DNA of 64,000 nt from a virus. Position numbers and translations under genes: made by a program. Each line of letters starts with the position of its first letter. The first letter of the stretch is position 1. The notes under the pieces are model-generated. The model ran no database searches. It was not told the origin of the DNA and worked only from the letters and a program-made list of their open reading frames with translations. Below are positions 1-9,595 of the stretch, one piece after another. The DNA is taken from the IMG/VR virus record IMGVR_UViG_3300025732_000017, one strand, 5' to 3'.

Positions 1-176
1 ATTCGCAGAATCAACAAAAAGTGAGAACTATCGCACCTGTTGCAGCGGCTACTTTAGTAGGGCTTACCGATATTTCAATTGTAGATTCCGTAAATAATGC
101 CACAGTTGTATACAATACAAATACATCAAAATATGAAATAAAAGCACTTCCTGTAATATTTGGCGGTACGTTCTAA
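1..176 (+). CDS. 3' end of a virion/fibre-associated protein (partial, starts before the window)
   Basis: Open frame from position 3 (SQNQQKVRTI...LVGLTDISIVDSVNNATVVYNTNTSKYEIKALPVIFGGTF*). Its stop overlaps the next ATG (TAATG). Confidence 0.7.
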   Translation, partial: SQNQQKVRTIAPVAAATLVGLTDISIVDSVNNATVVYNTNTSKYEIKALPVIFGGTF

Positions 177-1198
177 TGGCAAATACCACCACTATAATTT
201 TAAAGAATTCAGGAACTATAGGCAATACACCAACTGCAGCTAATTTACAGTTTGGAGAACTTGCGCTAAACTATGCTGATGGTTTGTTATTTTATAAATC
301 AGCAAATGGAACAGTTCTTAGCATAAGTGGAAGTGGGGGTGGTGGCGGTACAGGTAATGGTCAGGCTGCATTTGATCAGGCCAACTTAGCATATAATCAA
401 GCAAATACATCCGCGTTAGTAGCAAACTTAGCATTCGACAAAGCAAATACGGCTAACGTTATTGCTTCTGCAGCATTTGATGCTGCCAATGCTGCTGGTT
501 CGTCTGCTACAGTTACTGCAGCATTTAACAAAGCAAATAGCGCAAACATAATTGCAGATGCTTCTTTTGCTCGCGCTAACGCAGCTAACTTGATTGCCAA
601 TCTTGCATTCGACAAAGCAAATACGGCTAACGTTATTGCTTCTGCAGCATTTGATGCAGCCAATGCTGCTGGTTCACCTGCTGTAGTTGCTGCAGCATTT
701 GATAAAGCAAATACAGCAAACATAATTGCAGATGCTTCTTTTGCAAAAGCAAATGCAGTAAACTTGATTGCTAATCTAGCATTTGACAAAGCAAACACAG
801 CCAACATAATTGCAAATGCTTCCTTTGCTCGCGCTAACGCAGCTAACTTGATCGCAAATCTTGCATTTGACAAAGCAAATACAGCTAACGTATTTGCAGT
901 TTCGGCATTTGCGGCACAAAACGTCACATCTGGTGTAGCAAATGCAGCATTCAATGCAGCAAACACTATGGTGATGAAGACTGGTAACACCATGACTGGA
1001 CAACTGGTCATGGCTGTTGGAGTACCTTCAACATCACAAAATACAGGTTCAATAATTATAAATGGTGGACTTGGTTTATCTGGAAATGTCTATGTAAGTA
1101 ATTCATCATACTATGGATTTGCAAACACATCAAACGTTTCTGTTGCAAAAATTCAATACAATGCTGCTTGTAATTCTATTGACTTTGTGTTTGGCTAA
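176..1198 (+). CDS. Tail fibre-like protein with an Mtd_N-like N-terminus and 14-aa Ala/Asn repeats
   Basis: N-terminal IILKNSGTIGNTPTAANLQFGELALNYADGLLFYK resembles the major-tropism-determinant N-terminal motif. It carries repeats such as AFDKANTANVIASA and a MKTGNTMTGQLVM fibre motif. Confidence 0.75.
   Translation: MANTTTIILKNSGTIGNTPTAANLQFGELALNYADGLLFYKSANGTVLSISGSGGGGGTGNGQAAFDQANLAYNQANTSALVANLAFDKANTANVIASAAFDAANAAGSSATVTAAFNKANSANIIADASFARANAANLIANLAFDKANTANVIASAAFDAANAAGSPAVVAAAFDKANTANIIADASFAKANAVNLIANLAFDKANTANIIANASFARANAANLIANLAFDKANTANVFAVSAFAAQNVTSGVANAAFNAANTMVMKTGNTMTGQLVMAVGVPSTSQNTGSIIINGGLGLSGNVYVSNSSYYGFANTSNVSVAKIQYNAACNSIDFVFG
400..960 (+). repeat. Degenerate 42-bp (14-codon) coding repeats
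   Basis: Recurring gcattcgacaaagcaaatacggctaacgttattgct and gcatttgacaaagcaaatacagc units; the protein period is 14 aa, occasionally 16. Confidence 0.85.
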
Positions 1199-2199
1199 TG
1201 TCAGTAAATGCAAGATTATTCAACACGGGTGTTTTTAATTCAAACACATACTTTGATGAGATAACATCTACAGGTAAGTTTCAAGTTACTACAGCTGCAT
1301 CTCTCGCGTCTACATTTGATGAAATCTCTTCTATAGATGTTCCACTAAGAGTTTTGGGGGATGGTATATTGACATCAAATAATTATTTTGATGAGATAAA
1401 TGTCATTACTAACCCTGTTCCTATAGCAATTACTGATTCTCCATATTTGGTTCTTGAAACTGTAGCAACTTATCTTAGAGACTACTTAAGCACAAGTTTA
1501 AGAACTCCAAACTTCAATGCATATAGTCTTGATGGACCATCATCGTTTACAACATATGAAATTAGTCCATATTTTATTCTTGATGGTGGTGGTGACATGT
1601 TTGATAGTGGAAATTATACTGCACCATGGCTATATTCAAACACAAATTATACCTCAAGTTCAGCAATTCCTACCAATTTGTGTATAAACTACGGTAATAC
1701 AAAATCAAACATTACTGATACTAATTTTTACTACACAAGTTTGGGATATTCGAATACCGCCAGACCTCTGACAGTTATTGGTGCTAGAAGCAACACCGGT
1801 TCTCCTGTGGGATTTCAAAAAGCAGGAAATAGTGGTGCGGATGGTGCCGGCCTAAGAGCAAACGGTGAAATTTATGCGGGCAATACAGTAAACGGATTTA
1901 CTGTATATGCAACATATACACAGAGTTATAATACAACTGATCCTATCGTTTGTGATGTTTTTATTCTTTTAGGTCATTCATATTGGAACTCTACATTTGA
2001 TAAAATTAGAAGAATTGAAGTTTCGGGTACTGGTGCTCAAAGTGGAGCACTTGTTGCTTTTGGAGCAAACACAGCAAACGTTATGGCTATCACGACATTG
2101 ATTTCAAAGCCGGCAACTACACAAATACCAGTTGGCGACATACAAAATCTAGTAAATACTTACACTACTCTTGTTGGACAATCGCTAAACTTTTTCTAA
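1198..2199 (+). CDS. Putative virion structural or receptor-binding protein of unknown function
   Basis: 333-aa ORF coupled to the upstream stop (TAATG), with three FDEI motifs in the N-terminus, inside the fibre cluster. Confidence 0.65.
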   Translation: MSVNARLFNTGVFNSNTYFDEITSTGKFQVTTAASLASTFDEISSIDVPLRVLGDGILTSNNYFDEINVITNPVPIAITDSPYLVLETVATYLRDYLSTSLRTPNFNAYSLDGPSSFTTYEISPYFILDGGGDMFDSGNYTAPWLYSNTNYTSSSAIPTNLCINYGNTKSNITDTNFYYTSLGYSNTARPLTVIGARSNTGSPVGFQKAGNSGADGAGLRANGEIYAGNTVNGFTVYATYTQSYNTTDPIVCDVFILLGHSYWNSTFDKIRRIEVSGTGAQSGALVAFGANTANVMAITTLISKPATTQIPVGDIQNLVNTYTTLVGQSLNFF

Positions 2200-2230
2200 T
2201 AAATAGTAAAAATATTTTTTGGGCAAATAA

Positions 2231-5200
2231 ATGGCATTACTTAAAGACGGCACGCGAATATTTGGTACGTTGAATGTAAACACCGAAATTGTGGTAAGCA
2301 ATACATCTATTCTTGCTACAGTAAATAGTGTTTTTATTCTTGCGAATAATACAAATACAATCACAATTTCTTCATTTTCAAAAGCAAACTCCGCCTTTGA
2401 TATTGGCAATGCTGCGTTTAATCAAGCAAACACATCTTATAATGTTTCAAATTCAGCTTTTGACAAGGCAAATGTATCGACCAGCATTGCAAGCGCAGCT
2501 TTTAACGCTGCCAATTCGGCATCCGGCGGTAGCATAACTGATGCATATGATCAAGCAAATACGGCAAGAAATCAAGCCAACGCGGCATATGATGCCGCAA
2601 ATAATTTTAGCGCAATAACATCATCATCTTTCGACAAGGCAAATAGCGCAATCACAGTTGCAATATCATCATATGATTATGCAAATACCAGATTATCAGC
2701 CAATGGTGGTACAATATTTGGTAGTTTGATTGTTTCTGGTAATCTTACTATTTCTGGAAATACAGTATTCAATAATGTTCAATCATATAGAATTGATGAC
2801 CCATTAATTTATCTTGCAGCGAACAACTATACAGCAGATCTAGTAGATATAGGATTTATTGCAAATTATGTAAATACGACAGGATCTAATGTTCATACTG
2901 GTTTGATGCGTGATGCCGGATCTAAAGAATACTATCTATTTCAGGGATACGATCAAGAACCCCAAAATAATCATATAGATCCTTCAGGTAATAATTTTAC
3001 GATTGCATTCCTAAATGCAAATGTTCGTTCAACTAATATTATATTAAATGGAATAAATGTTTCTAGTATATTGATATCTTCATATGATCAAGCAAACATA
3101 GCAAGATCACATGCAAATGCTGCTTTTGTAAATTCAAACTCTTCTGGTATAATTGCTTCAGCATCATTTGATCAGGCTAATGTATCAAGAACACACGCCA
3201 ATGGTGCATTTGGTCAAGCCAACGTAACTGCTGCCATAGCAAACGCGGCATTTGATAAGGCCAATTTAGCGTCAACAATTGCATCCGCATCATATGATCA
3301 AGCAAATACAGCTTCGTTAGCATTTAATAAAGCAAATGATTCATCTTTAATTTCTTCTTCCGCATTTAATCAAGCCAATACCGCAAGAGATCAATCAAAC
3401 ACTTTTTCAATTGTTGCTCAAGCAGCATTTAATCAAGCAAATACTGATCTTTTAATTGCTAATCTTGCGTTCGATAAAGCAAATAGTGCAAGTGTTATAA
3501 GTAGTGCTGCATTTGGTCAAGCCAATACGGCAACAGATAACGCCGCAGGTTCATTAATTGTTGCCATAGCTGCTTTTGACAAAGCAAATCTGGCTTCGGC
3601 TAATGCGGGTACCGAATTAGCAACTGCAGCGTACAATCAAGCCAATACTGCAAGATTACACGCCAATGGTGCATTTGCAAATGCAAATAGTGCTGGAATT
3701 ATTGCGTCGGCAGCTTTTGATGCTGCTAATGCTGCTGGTTCATCTGCTACAGTTGCTGCAGCATTTGATAAAGCAAATAGTGCAAATATTATTGCGTCGG
3801 CAGCTTTTGATGCTGCTAATGCTGCTGGTTCATCTGCTACAGTTGCTGCAGCATTTGATAAAGCAAATAGTGCAAATATTATTGCGTCTAATGCATATGA
3901 TAAAGCAAATACGGTCAATACAACTGCAGATTCGGCTTATGCACAATCAAATACTGCAAGATCACACGCCAATGGTGCATTTGCAAATGCAAATAGTGCT
4001 GGAATTATTGCGTCGGCAGCTTTTGATGCAGCCAATACTTCATCAACAATTGCATATGCATCATTTGATCAGGCTAATGTATCAAGATCACACGCGAATG
4101 GTGCATTTGGTCAAGCCAATGTAACTGCTGCCATAGCAAACGCGGCATTTGATAAATCTAACGCAGCATCCACGATAGGATCAGCCGCATTTGATCAAGC
4201 AAATACAGCCAGAAATTTAGCAAATACGTCTACTGTTAATGGCGGTGCGTCATTTGATCAAGCAAATACGGCAAGAGATCAAGCAAATGCTGCATCCACG
4301 ATAGGATCAGCCGCATTTGATCAAGCAAATACAGCAAGAACACACGCCAATGGTGCATTTGGTCAAGCCAACGTAACTGCTGCCATAGCAAATGCTGCAT
4401 TTGACAAGGCTAATTCTGGATCAACAATTGCATCTGCATCATTCGATCAAGCAAATACAGCAAGAGATTTGGCAAATACATCGACAGTAAATGGTGGTGC
4501 ATCATATGATCAGGCTAATACAGCCAGAGATCAAGCCAATACAGCAAGAACACATGCAAACTCAGCATTTGACAAGGCTAATTCTGGGTCAACAATTTCA
4601 TCTGCATCATATGATCAAGCAAATACAGCAAGAACACATGCTAATGGTGCATTTGGTCAAGCCAATGTAACTGCTGCCATAGCAAATGCAGCATTTGATC
4701 AAGCCAACACAGCTAGAACACAAGCCAACACAGCTAGAACACATGCCAATGGTGCATTTGGTCAAGCCAATGTAACTGCTGCTATAGCAAACGCGGCATT
4801 TAACAAAGCCAATACTGCAAATACAATTGCTGTCTTGGCATATGATCATGCTAATATAAAATTAAATATTAGCGGTGGCATAATTACTGGCGATTTAACT
4901 GTTTCTGGTAATCTTACTATTTCTGGAAATACAGTATTCAACAACGTTACGACGTATCGCATTGATGATCCATTAATTTATCTTGCGGCAAACAACTATA
5001 CAGCAGATCTAGTAGATATAGGATTTATTGCAAATTATGTAAATACGACAGGATCTAATGTTCATACTGGTTTGATGCGTGATGCTGGATCCAAGGAATA
5101 TTATCTATTTTTTGGATATGATAAAGAACCAGAAAACAATCATATAGATCCTAATGCAAACAATTTTACCATTGCATTCCTAAATGCAAATGTTCGTTCA

Positions 5201-6031
5201 ACTAATATCATACTTAATAATACACCAGTATCAAGTTGGATAAAATCATCATATGATCAAGCAAATACGGCAAGAGATTTAGGAAATACATCTACTATAA
5301 ACGGTGGTGCATCATACGATCAAGCAAATACAGCAAGAACACACGCCAATGGTGCATTTGGTCAAGCCAATGTAACTGCTGCTATAGCAAATGCAGCATT
5401 TGATAAGGCCAATTTAGCGTCAACAATTGCATCTGCATCATTTGATCAAGCAAATACAGCAAGAACACATGCTAATGGTGCATTTGGTCAAGCCAATGTA
5501 ACTGCTGCTATAGCAAACGCGGCATTTGATAAGGCTAATTCTGGATCAACAATTGCATCTGCATCATACGATCAAGCAAATACAGCAAGAACACACGCCA
5601 ATGGTGCATTTGGTCAAGCCAATCTAGCATTTGATCGTGCAAATACGGCTAATCTACTTCCAGTTCAGAAGTCGGGTACTATAATTGGAACTAGAAATGC
5701 CCTAAACTTTATTGAAGGCGGAAATGTAACGTTAACGATTACTGATGATAGTATCGGCAATAGGATCAATGTTACAGTAGCAGCTGCCGGTGGTGGCGGA
5801 ACTTCTACAAATTCTGTCGTGTTTATTTCGGATACGGCACCAAGTGATGTTGCAAACGGAACACTATGGTGGAATTCAGATGATGGCTCACTATATATTA
5901 AATATCCAGATAGTAATAGCACTCAATGGGTTGTTACGTCTTCTGGTGGTGATGGTGGTGGCGGTAGCAGTGGTGGCGGTGGAGTCACTACAGGTAAAGC
6001 AATAGCAATGGCAATAGTTTTCGGAGGATAA
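2231..6031 (+). CDS. Long tail-fibre-like protein (1266 aa) with Ala/Asn coiled-coil repeats
   Basis: Many AFDQANTAR and AFGQANVTAAIANA repeats, two copies of a beta-rich SGNLTISGNTV...IDDPLIYLA domain, a NGTLWWNSDDGSLYI module, and a C-terminal TTGKAIAMAIVFGG. Confidence 0.8.
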   Translation: MALLKDGTRIFGTLNVNTEIVVSNTSILATVNSVFILANNTNTITISSFSKANSAFDIGNAAFNQANTSYNVSNSAFDKANVSTSIASAAFNAANSASGGSITDAYDQANTARNQANAAYDAANNFSAITSSSFDKANSAITVAISSYDYANTRLSANGGTIFGSLIVSGNLTISGNTVFNNVQSYRIDDPLIYLAANNYTADLVDIGFIANYVNTTGSNVHTGLMRDAGSKEYYLFQGYDQEPQNNHIDPSGNNFTIAFLNANVRSTNIILNGINVSSILISSYDQANIARSHANAAFVNSNSSGIIASASFDQANVSRTHANGAFGQANVTAAIANAAFDKANLASTIASASYDQANTASLAFNKANDSSLISSSAFNQANTARDQSNTFSIVAQAAFNQANTDLLIANLAFDKANSASVISSAAFGQANTATDNAAGSLIVAIAAFDKANLASANAGTELATAAYNQANTARLHANGAFANANSAGIIASAAFDAANAAGSSATVAAAFDKANSANIIASAAFDAANAAGSSATVAAAFDKANSANIIASNAYDKANTVNTTADSAYAQSNTARSHANGAFANANSAGIIASAAFDAANTSSTIAYASFDQANVSRSHANGAFGQANVTAAIANAAFDKSNAASTIGSAAFDQANTARNLANTSTVNGGASFDQANTARDQANAASTIGSAAFDQANTARTHANGAFGQANVTAAIANAAFDKANSGSTIASASFDQANTARDLANTSTVNGGASYDQANTARDQANTARTHANSAFDKANSGSTISSASYDQANTARTHANGAFGQANVTAAIANAAFDQANTARTQANTARTHANGAFGQANVTAAIANAAFNKANTANTIAVLAYDHANIKLNISGGIITGDLTVSGNLTISGNTVFNNVTTYRIDDPLIYLAANNYTADLVDIGFIANYVNTTGSNVHTGLMRDAGSKEYYLFFGYDKEPENNHIDPNANNFTIAFLNANVRSTNIILNNTPVSSWIKSSYDQANTARDLGNTSTINGGASYDQANTARTHANGAFGQANVTAAIANAAFDKANLASTIASASFDQANTARTHANGAFGQANVTAAIANAAFDKANSGSTIASASYDQANTARTHANGAFGQANLAFDRANTANLLPVQKSGTIIGTRNALNFIEGGNVTLTITDDSIGNRINVTVAAAGGGGTSTNSVVFISDTAPSDVANGTLWWNSDDGSLYIKYPDSNSTQWVVTSSGGDGGGGSSGGGGVTTGKAIAMAIVFGG
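2731..3040 (+). repeat. Copy 1 of a ~310-bp internal duplication (copy 2 at 4900-5209)
   Basis: Near-identical DNA starting tgtttctggtaatcttactatttctggaaatacagtattcaa; offset 2169 bp. Confidence 0.9.
3701..3888 (+). repeat. Exact 90-bp tandem duplication (two copies plus a partial third)
   Basis: attgcgtcggcagcttttgatgctgctaat... starts at 3701 and 3791; a partial copy starts at 3881. Confidence 0.95.
4900..5209 (+). repeat. Copy 2 of the ~310-bp internal duplication
   Basis: Matches 2731-3040 over long exact stretches. Confidence 0.9.
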
Positions 6032-6034
6032 TAT

Positions 6035-6394
6035 ATGGCGGCGCCAAATATAGTAAATGTAGCAACAATAAATGGTAAAACTGCGGTGGCTAATGTGTCT
6101 ACTATTGCAGCCGATATTGTAACCAATTCTGCTGCCAGTGGTAAAGTTTTCAAGATAAATTCATTGGTTGTTTCAAACATTGATGGTTCAGCAGCTGCGG
6201 ATATAACTGCAAGTGTATACAGATCTACTGTAGAATATAAACTTGCACACACAATTGCAGTACCAGCTGATGCTGCATTGGTTGTAATATCTAAAGACAC
6301 ATCAATTTATTTGGAAGAAGGTGATTCAATTAGATTAACTGCTAGTGCAAATGGTGATTTGCAAGCTGTATGTTCTTATGAGGAAATTAGCTGA
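6035..6394 (+). CDS. Small virion/fibre accessory beta protein
   Basis: 119 aa (MAAPNIVNVATINGKTA...SYEEIS), RBS GGAG, translationally coupled between the fibre and the LamG gene. Confidence 0.7.
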   Translation: MAAPNIVNVATINGKTAVANVSTIAADIVTNSAASGKVFKINSLVVSNIDGSAAADITASVYRSTVEYKLAHTIAVPADAALVVISKDTSIYLEEGDSIRLTASANGDLQAVCSYEEIS

Positions 6395-7182
6395 TGCGTA
6401 ATAACTCAGGAATTATTGGTTCAAGACAAACTCCTTCTACATCTGCTGCTTCTGGTTTTTTTTCTTTAATTGATCAACAGGTAATTCGTGGCGCAGGGCT
6501 TTGGCCGTCAGCGCCGTCACAAGATCCTGCATACAGCATTTTTTTTGATGGTACTGCCGATTGGATAGAATTTCCGGCATCAGGTGATTTTGCTAAAGAT
6601 ACTTTTTTTGGTTCGGGAAAAACATTTACTATTGAAACCTGGATCTACCCTACGTCTTTGGTTACTGCAACAAATTATGCTAGCATAGTACTTGGAGATG
6701 GAGCCCCTACCAGTTTTCAAATGTGTTGGAGTGTAGGCATGAGTGATGCCAGAAAACCACATTTTTTCTGGTATGATGGTAGTTCTAGATCTGCATCTGT
6801 TAGCACAGCACTTACTTTAAACACCTGGACACATTTGGCTTGGGTGGCATCGGCGGGTTCGGTATCTATCTACGTCAATGGAGTTAGCCAGGCTCTTACG
6901 GGAACTACATCATTAACCAATGCCAGTGAAACTATAAAAATGGAGATTGGTGTAGATCGTAGCCAAACTTGGGCCGGGTATCTATCCAATCTGCGAGCTG
7001 TCAGAGGAACTGCAATATATACCAGTAATTTTACACCACCAACTACAACTCTTCAAGCAGTAACAGGTACTTCATTACTATTAGGAACAACTAATTCGTT
7101 AACTGACGCAAGTTCACCACCAAAAACGCTTACGATTCAGGGTCAGGTTGCCATTTCAGCAAATGTTGTTCCATGGGTTTAG
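6394..7182 (+). CDS. LamG/concanavalin A-like lectin-domain protein (putative receptor binding)
   Basis: FTIETWIYP, LNTWTHLAWV, YVNGV and GYLSNLRAVRGTAIYTSNFTPPT motifs typical of LamG-like folds. Confidence 0.8.
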   Translation: MRNNSGIIGSRQTPSTSAASGFFSLIDQQVIRGAGLWPSAPSQDPAYSIFFDGTADWIEFPASGDFAKDTFFGSGKTFTIETWIYPTSLVTATNYASIVLGDGAPTSFQMCWSVGMSDARKPHFFWYDGSSRSASVSTALTLNTWTHLAWVASAGSVSIYVNGVSQALTGTTSLTNASETIKMEIGVDRSQTWAGYLSNLRAVRGTAIYTSNFTPPTTTLQAVTGTSLLLGTTNSLTDASSPPKTLTIQGQVAISANVVPWV

Positions 7183-7191
7183 GAGTAAAAA

Positions 7192-7611
7192 ATGTATTAC
7201 ACAAAAAATGGCGAATATCCAAAACTACTACCAAATAGAATAAGATTGTTAAACGGTCAAACTAGAACTTTGCCTTTTACCGAAGAAGACATTAGTTTTG
7301 CTGGTTATAGATTAGTAGATCCACCGCCAAACGTAGATATTTCACAAAAACTAGAATGGACAGGTGTCAATTGGTTAGTATCAAACAAGTCACAGCAAGA
7401 AATTGACTCTCATTGGAATGAAGTAAGAAGACAACGTGATGAAAAAATCAAAGAAGTTGAATGGCGTTACAATAGATTTTATAGACATGAAAGATTAGGT
7501 CTTGCTCAAGTTGATTCTATACAAAATCTAGATGCATATGTACAGGCTTTGGCAGATATTACGAAACAAGAAAATCCTTTTAGCATAGTTTGGCCGAGTT
7601 TACAGGATTGA
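7192..7611 (+). CDS. Tail-fibre assembly chaperone-like protein
   Basis: W.EVRRQRDEKIKEVEW...YVQALADITKQ..PFSIVWP motif, directly after a receptor-binding gene. Confidence 0.7.
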   Translation: MYYTKNGEYPKLLPNRIRLLNGQTRTLPFTEEDISFAGYRLVDPPPNVDISQKLEWTGVNWLVSNKSQQEIDSHWNEVRRQRDEKIKEVEWRYNRFYRHERLGLAQVDSIQNLDAYVQALADITKQENPFSIVWPSLQD

Positions 7612-7616
7612 CATAG

Positions 7617-8840
7617 ATGGCAATTAATTTTCCTAATTCACCAATAGCAGGAGAGTATTTTGTAACTGGTAATTTGACATACCAGTATACAGGAACAGTT
7701 TGGGTATCAGTAAATACAAAGACAAACAATGCTTTCAATCAAGCAAATACTGCATTTGATAAAGCAAATACTGCAAATGTAATTGCGTCGGCTGCTTTTA
7801 ATAAAGCGAATGGTGCTGCTCAACTATCATTTACTACTATAGTTGCAAATGGCACATCACTTGTAGCTGATTCTAACGCAGACACATTGACAATTAGAAC
7901 GACAGGAAACGTTGCCATAACTGCCGACGCATCTGGTGACAATCTAACATTTGATTTGACAACTACTGGTGTTACTGCTACCACATATGGTAATGCAACA
8001 ATAATACCTGTTATTACAGTTGATTCACGCGGTCGTTTAACTTCTGTAAGCAATGTTACAGTTGTTAGTTCTACACCAACAAATTCAATAGTATACGTTT
8101 CTGATACAGCACCAAGTGGTGTTTCAAATGGTACTCTGTGGTGGAATTCAAATAGTGCTACCCTATACATAAACTATGGAGATGGAGATACAACGCAATG
8201 GATCTCAACATCTGAAGGTGCTTTTGGTACTATAACAATTAGTTCAAATGCAATTGCTGTTGCCGCATTTGATAAAGCAAATGCCGCGGTATTGAAAACA
8301 GGAAATACCATGACAGGAAATCTTGTCATGTCGAGTGCAAACATTGCTTTTGCTACGTCAGTCAATAATGGTATATACTGGAATGGCACTTCGTTTATTC
8401 ATTCACCAGAGGCAAATGTATTAATATTTGGAACTTCTGCAGTTGAAGATTTTCGTATTGATTCTAACGGAAATTTAAATGTTGCAGTTGGTTTGTATGT
8501 TACAGGTACAGTTAGTGATTCAAAAGCAAATGTTTTATCACAAACATTGTCTGATAGCGCATCAATTTCATGGGATGCATCTTTAGGTAGAATAGCAATA
8601 GTAACATTGGGTGGCGCAAGAACGCTTGCAAACGCAACCAATATTCGTGTGGGCACATACGTTCTTAAAGTACAACAAAATACTACTGGTAATAGCACTT
8701 TGACTTTTGGAACACAATATAAGTTTACTGCAAACGTAACACCAACTTTGACATCGGCTGCAAATAGTGTAGATATATTTTCGTTTGTTTGTGATGGAAC
8801 AAATATGTATGGCGCAATGATACCAGATGTTAGATCATAA
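7617..8840 (+). CDS. Modular fibre/adapter protein (MAINFP family)
   Basis: MAINFPNSP start, ITVDSRGRLTS knob-like motif, NGTLWWNS module, and C-terminal FSFVCDGTNMYGAMIPDVRS. Confidence 0.7.
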   Translation: MAINFPNSPIAGEYFVTGNLTYQYTGTVWVSVNTKTNNAFNQANTAFDKANTANVIASAAFNKANGAAQLSFTTIVANGTSLVADSNADTLTIRTTGNVAITADASGDNLTFDLTTTGVTATTYGNATIIPVITVDSRGRLTSVSNVTVVSSTPTNSIVYVSDTAPSGVSNGTLWWNSNSATLYINYGDGDTTQWISTSEGAFGTITISSNAIAVAAFDKANAAVLKTGNTMTGNLVMSSANIAFATSVNNGIYWNGTSFIHSPEANVLIFGTSAVEDFRIDSNGNLNVAVGLYVTGTVSDSKANVLSQTLSDSASISWDASLGRIAIVTLGGARTLANATNIRVGTYVLKVQQNTTGNSTLTFGTQYKFTANVTPTLTSAANSVDIFSFVCDGTNMYGAMIPDVRS

Positions 8841-8851
8841 TAGGTAAAAAA

Positions 8852-9586
8852 ATGGCAATCAATTTTCCCAATTCACCAAACGTCGGAGATGTTTTTACAG
8901 TCAATGATTTGCAATATGAGTGGAATGGATCCGCATGGATTTCAATCAATTTAGTTCTACAATCCTCATTTGATAAAGCAAACTCAGCTAATATTTCTGC
9001 TGATGCTGCTGTAAAAAAAGTTGGCAATACCATGACAGGAAATCTTGTCATGTCAGGTGCCAATATTGCATTTGTTGATGCAACTAATTCTGGAATATAT
9101 TGGAGTGGAACTGGTTCTTCTTTTATACATTCACCATTAGCAAATACGTTAGTATTTGGTACAGCATTTGCTGAAGATATGAGATTAGATTCTAGTGGTA
9201 GACTTGGTATTGGAGTATCTTCTCCTCGCTCAAAATTTGACATCATAGGCGCTGCTGCTGGCGGCGTAACTACATTGACTGATGGCGCAACGATTACACC
9301 AGACTTTGCATCAAATAACAGCTTTACAGTAACATTGGGCGGTAATAGAACATTGGCAAATGCAACAAATACGACTATAGGTCAATCTGGTGTGATATAT
9401 GTTGCACAAGATGGCACTGGTAGTAGAACATTATCGTTTGGGCTAGCATACAAGTTTGTGGATAATTCAGCACCAACATTGACAACGACTGCAAATGCTG
9501 TTGATGCGATCATATATTCTGTGCGTACAACGAATTCATATGTATGTCAAGTTCTATTGAATGTTGGTAATATAAATGATACTTGA
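8852..9586 (+). CDS. Modular fibre/adapter protein (MAINFP family)
   Basis: MAINFPNSP start, KVGNTMTGNLVM motif, and a TLTDGATITPDF...TLGGNRTLAN...QDGTGSRTL C-terminal domain. Confidence 0.7.
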   Translation: MAINFPNSPNVGDVFTVNDLQYEWNGSAWISINLVLQSSFDKANSANISADAAVKKVGNTMTGNLVMSGANIAFVDATNSGIYWSGTGSSFIHSPLANTLVFGTAFAEDMRLDSSGRLGIGVSSPRSKFDIIGAAAGGVTTLTDGATITPDFASNNSFTVTLGGNRTLANATNTTIGQSGVIYVAQDGTGSRTLSFGLAYKFVDNSAPTLTTTANAVDAIIYSVRTTNSYVCQVLLNVGNINDT

Positions 9587-9595
9587 GGTTATGAA

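Noticed and set aside
176-320. Mtd_N-like domain suggesting a diversity-generating retroelement
   Set aside because: No reverse transcriptase in the window and no repeat pair differing only at adenines; the domain is common in fibres without a DGR.
397-1011. 204-aa minus-strand ORF and other shadow ORFs over the Ala repeats
   Set aside because: They are by-products of repetitive GCA/GCT codons on the + strand, with no independent features.
400-5640. Periodic repeats resembling a CRISPR array
   Set aside because: The repeats are in-frame, degenerate at third codon positions and lack unique spacers; no cas genes are present.
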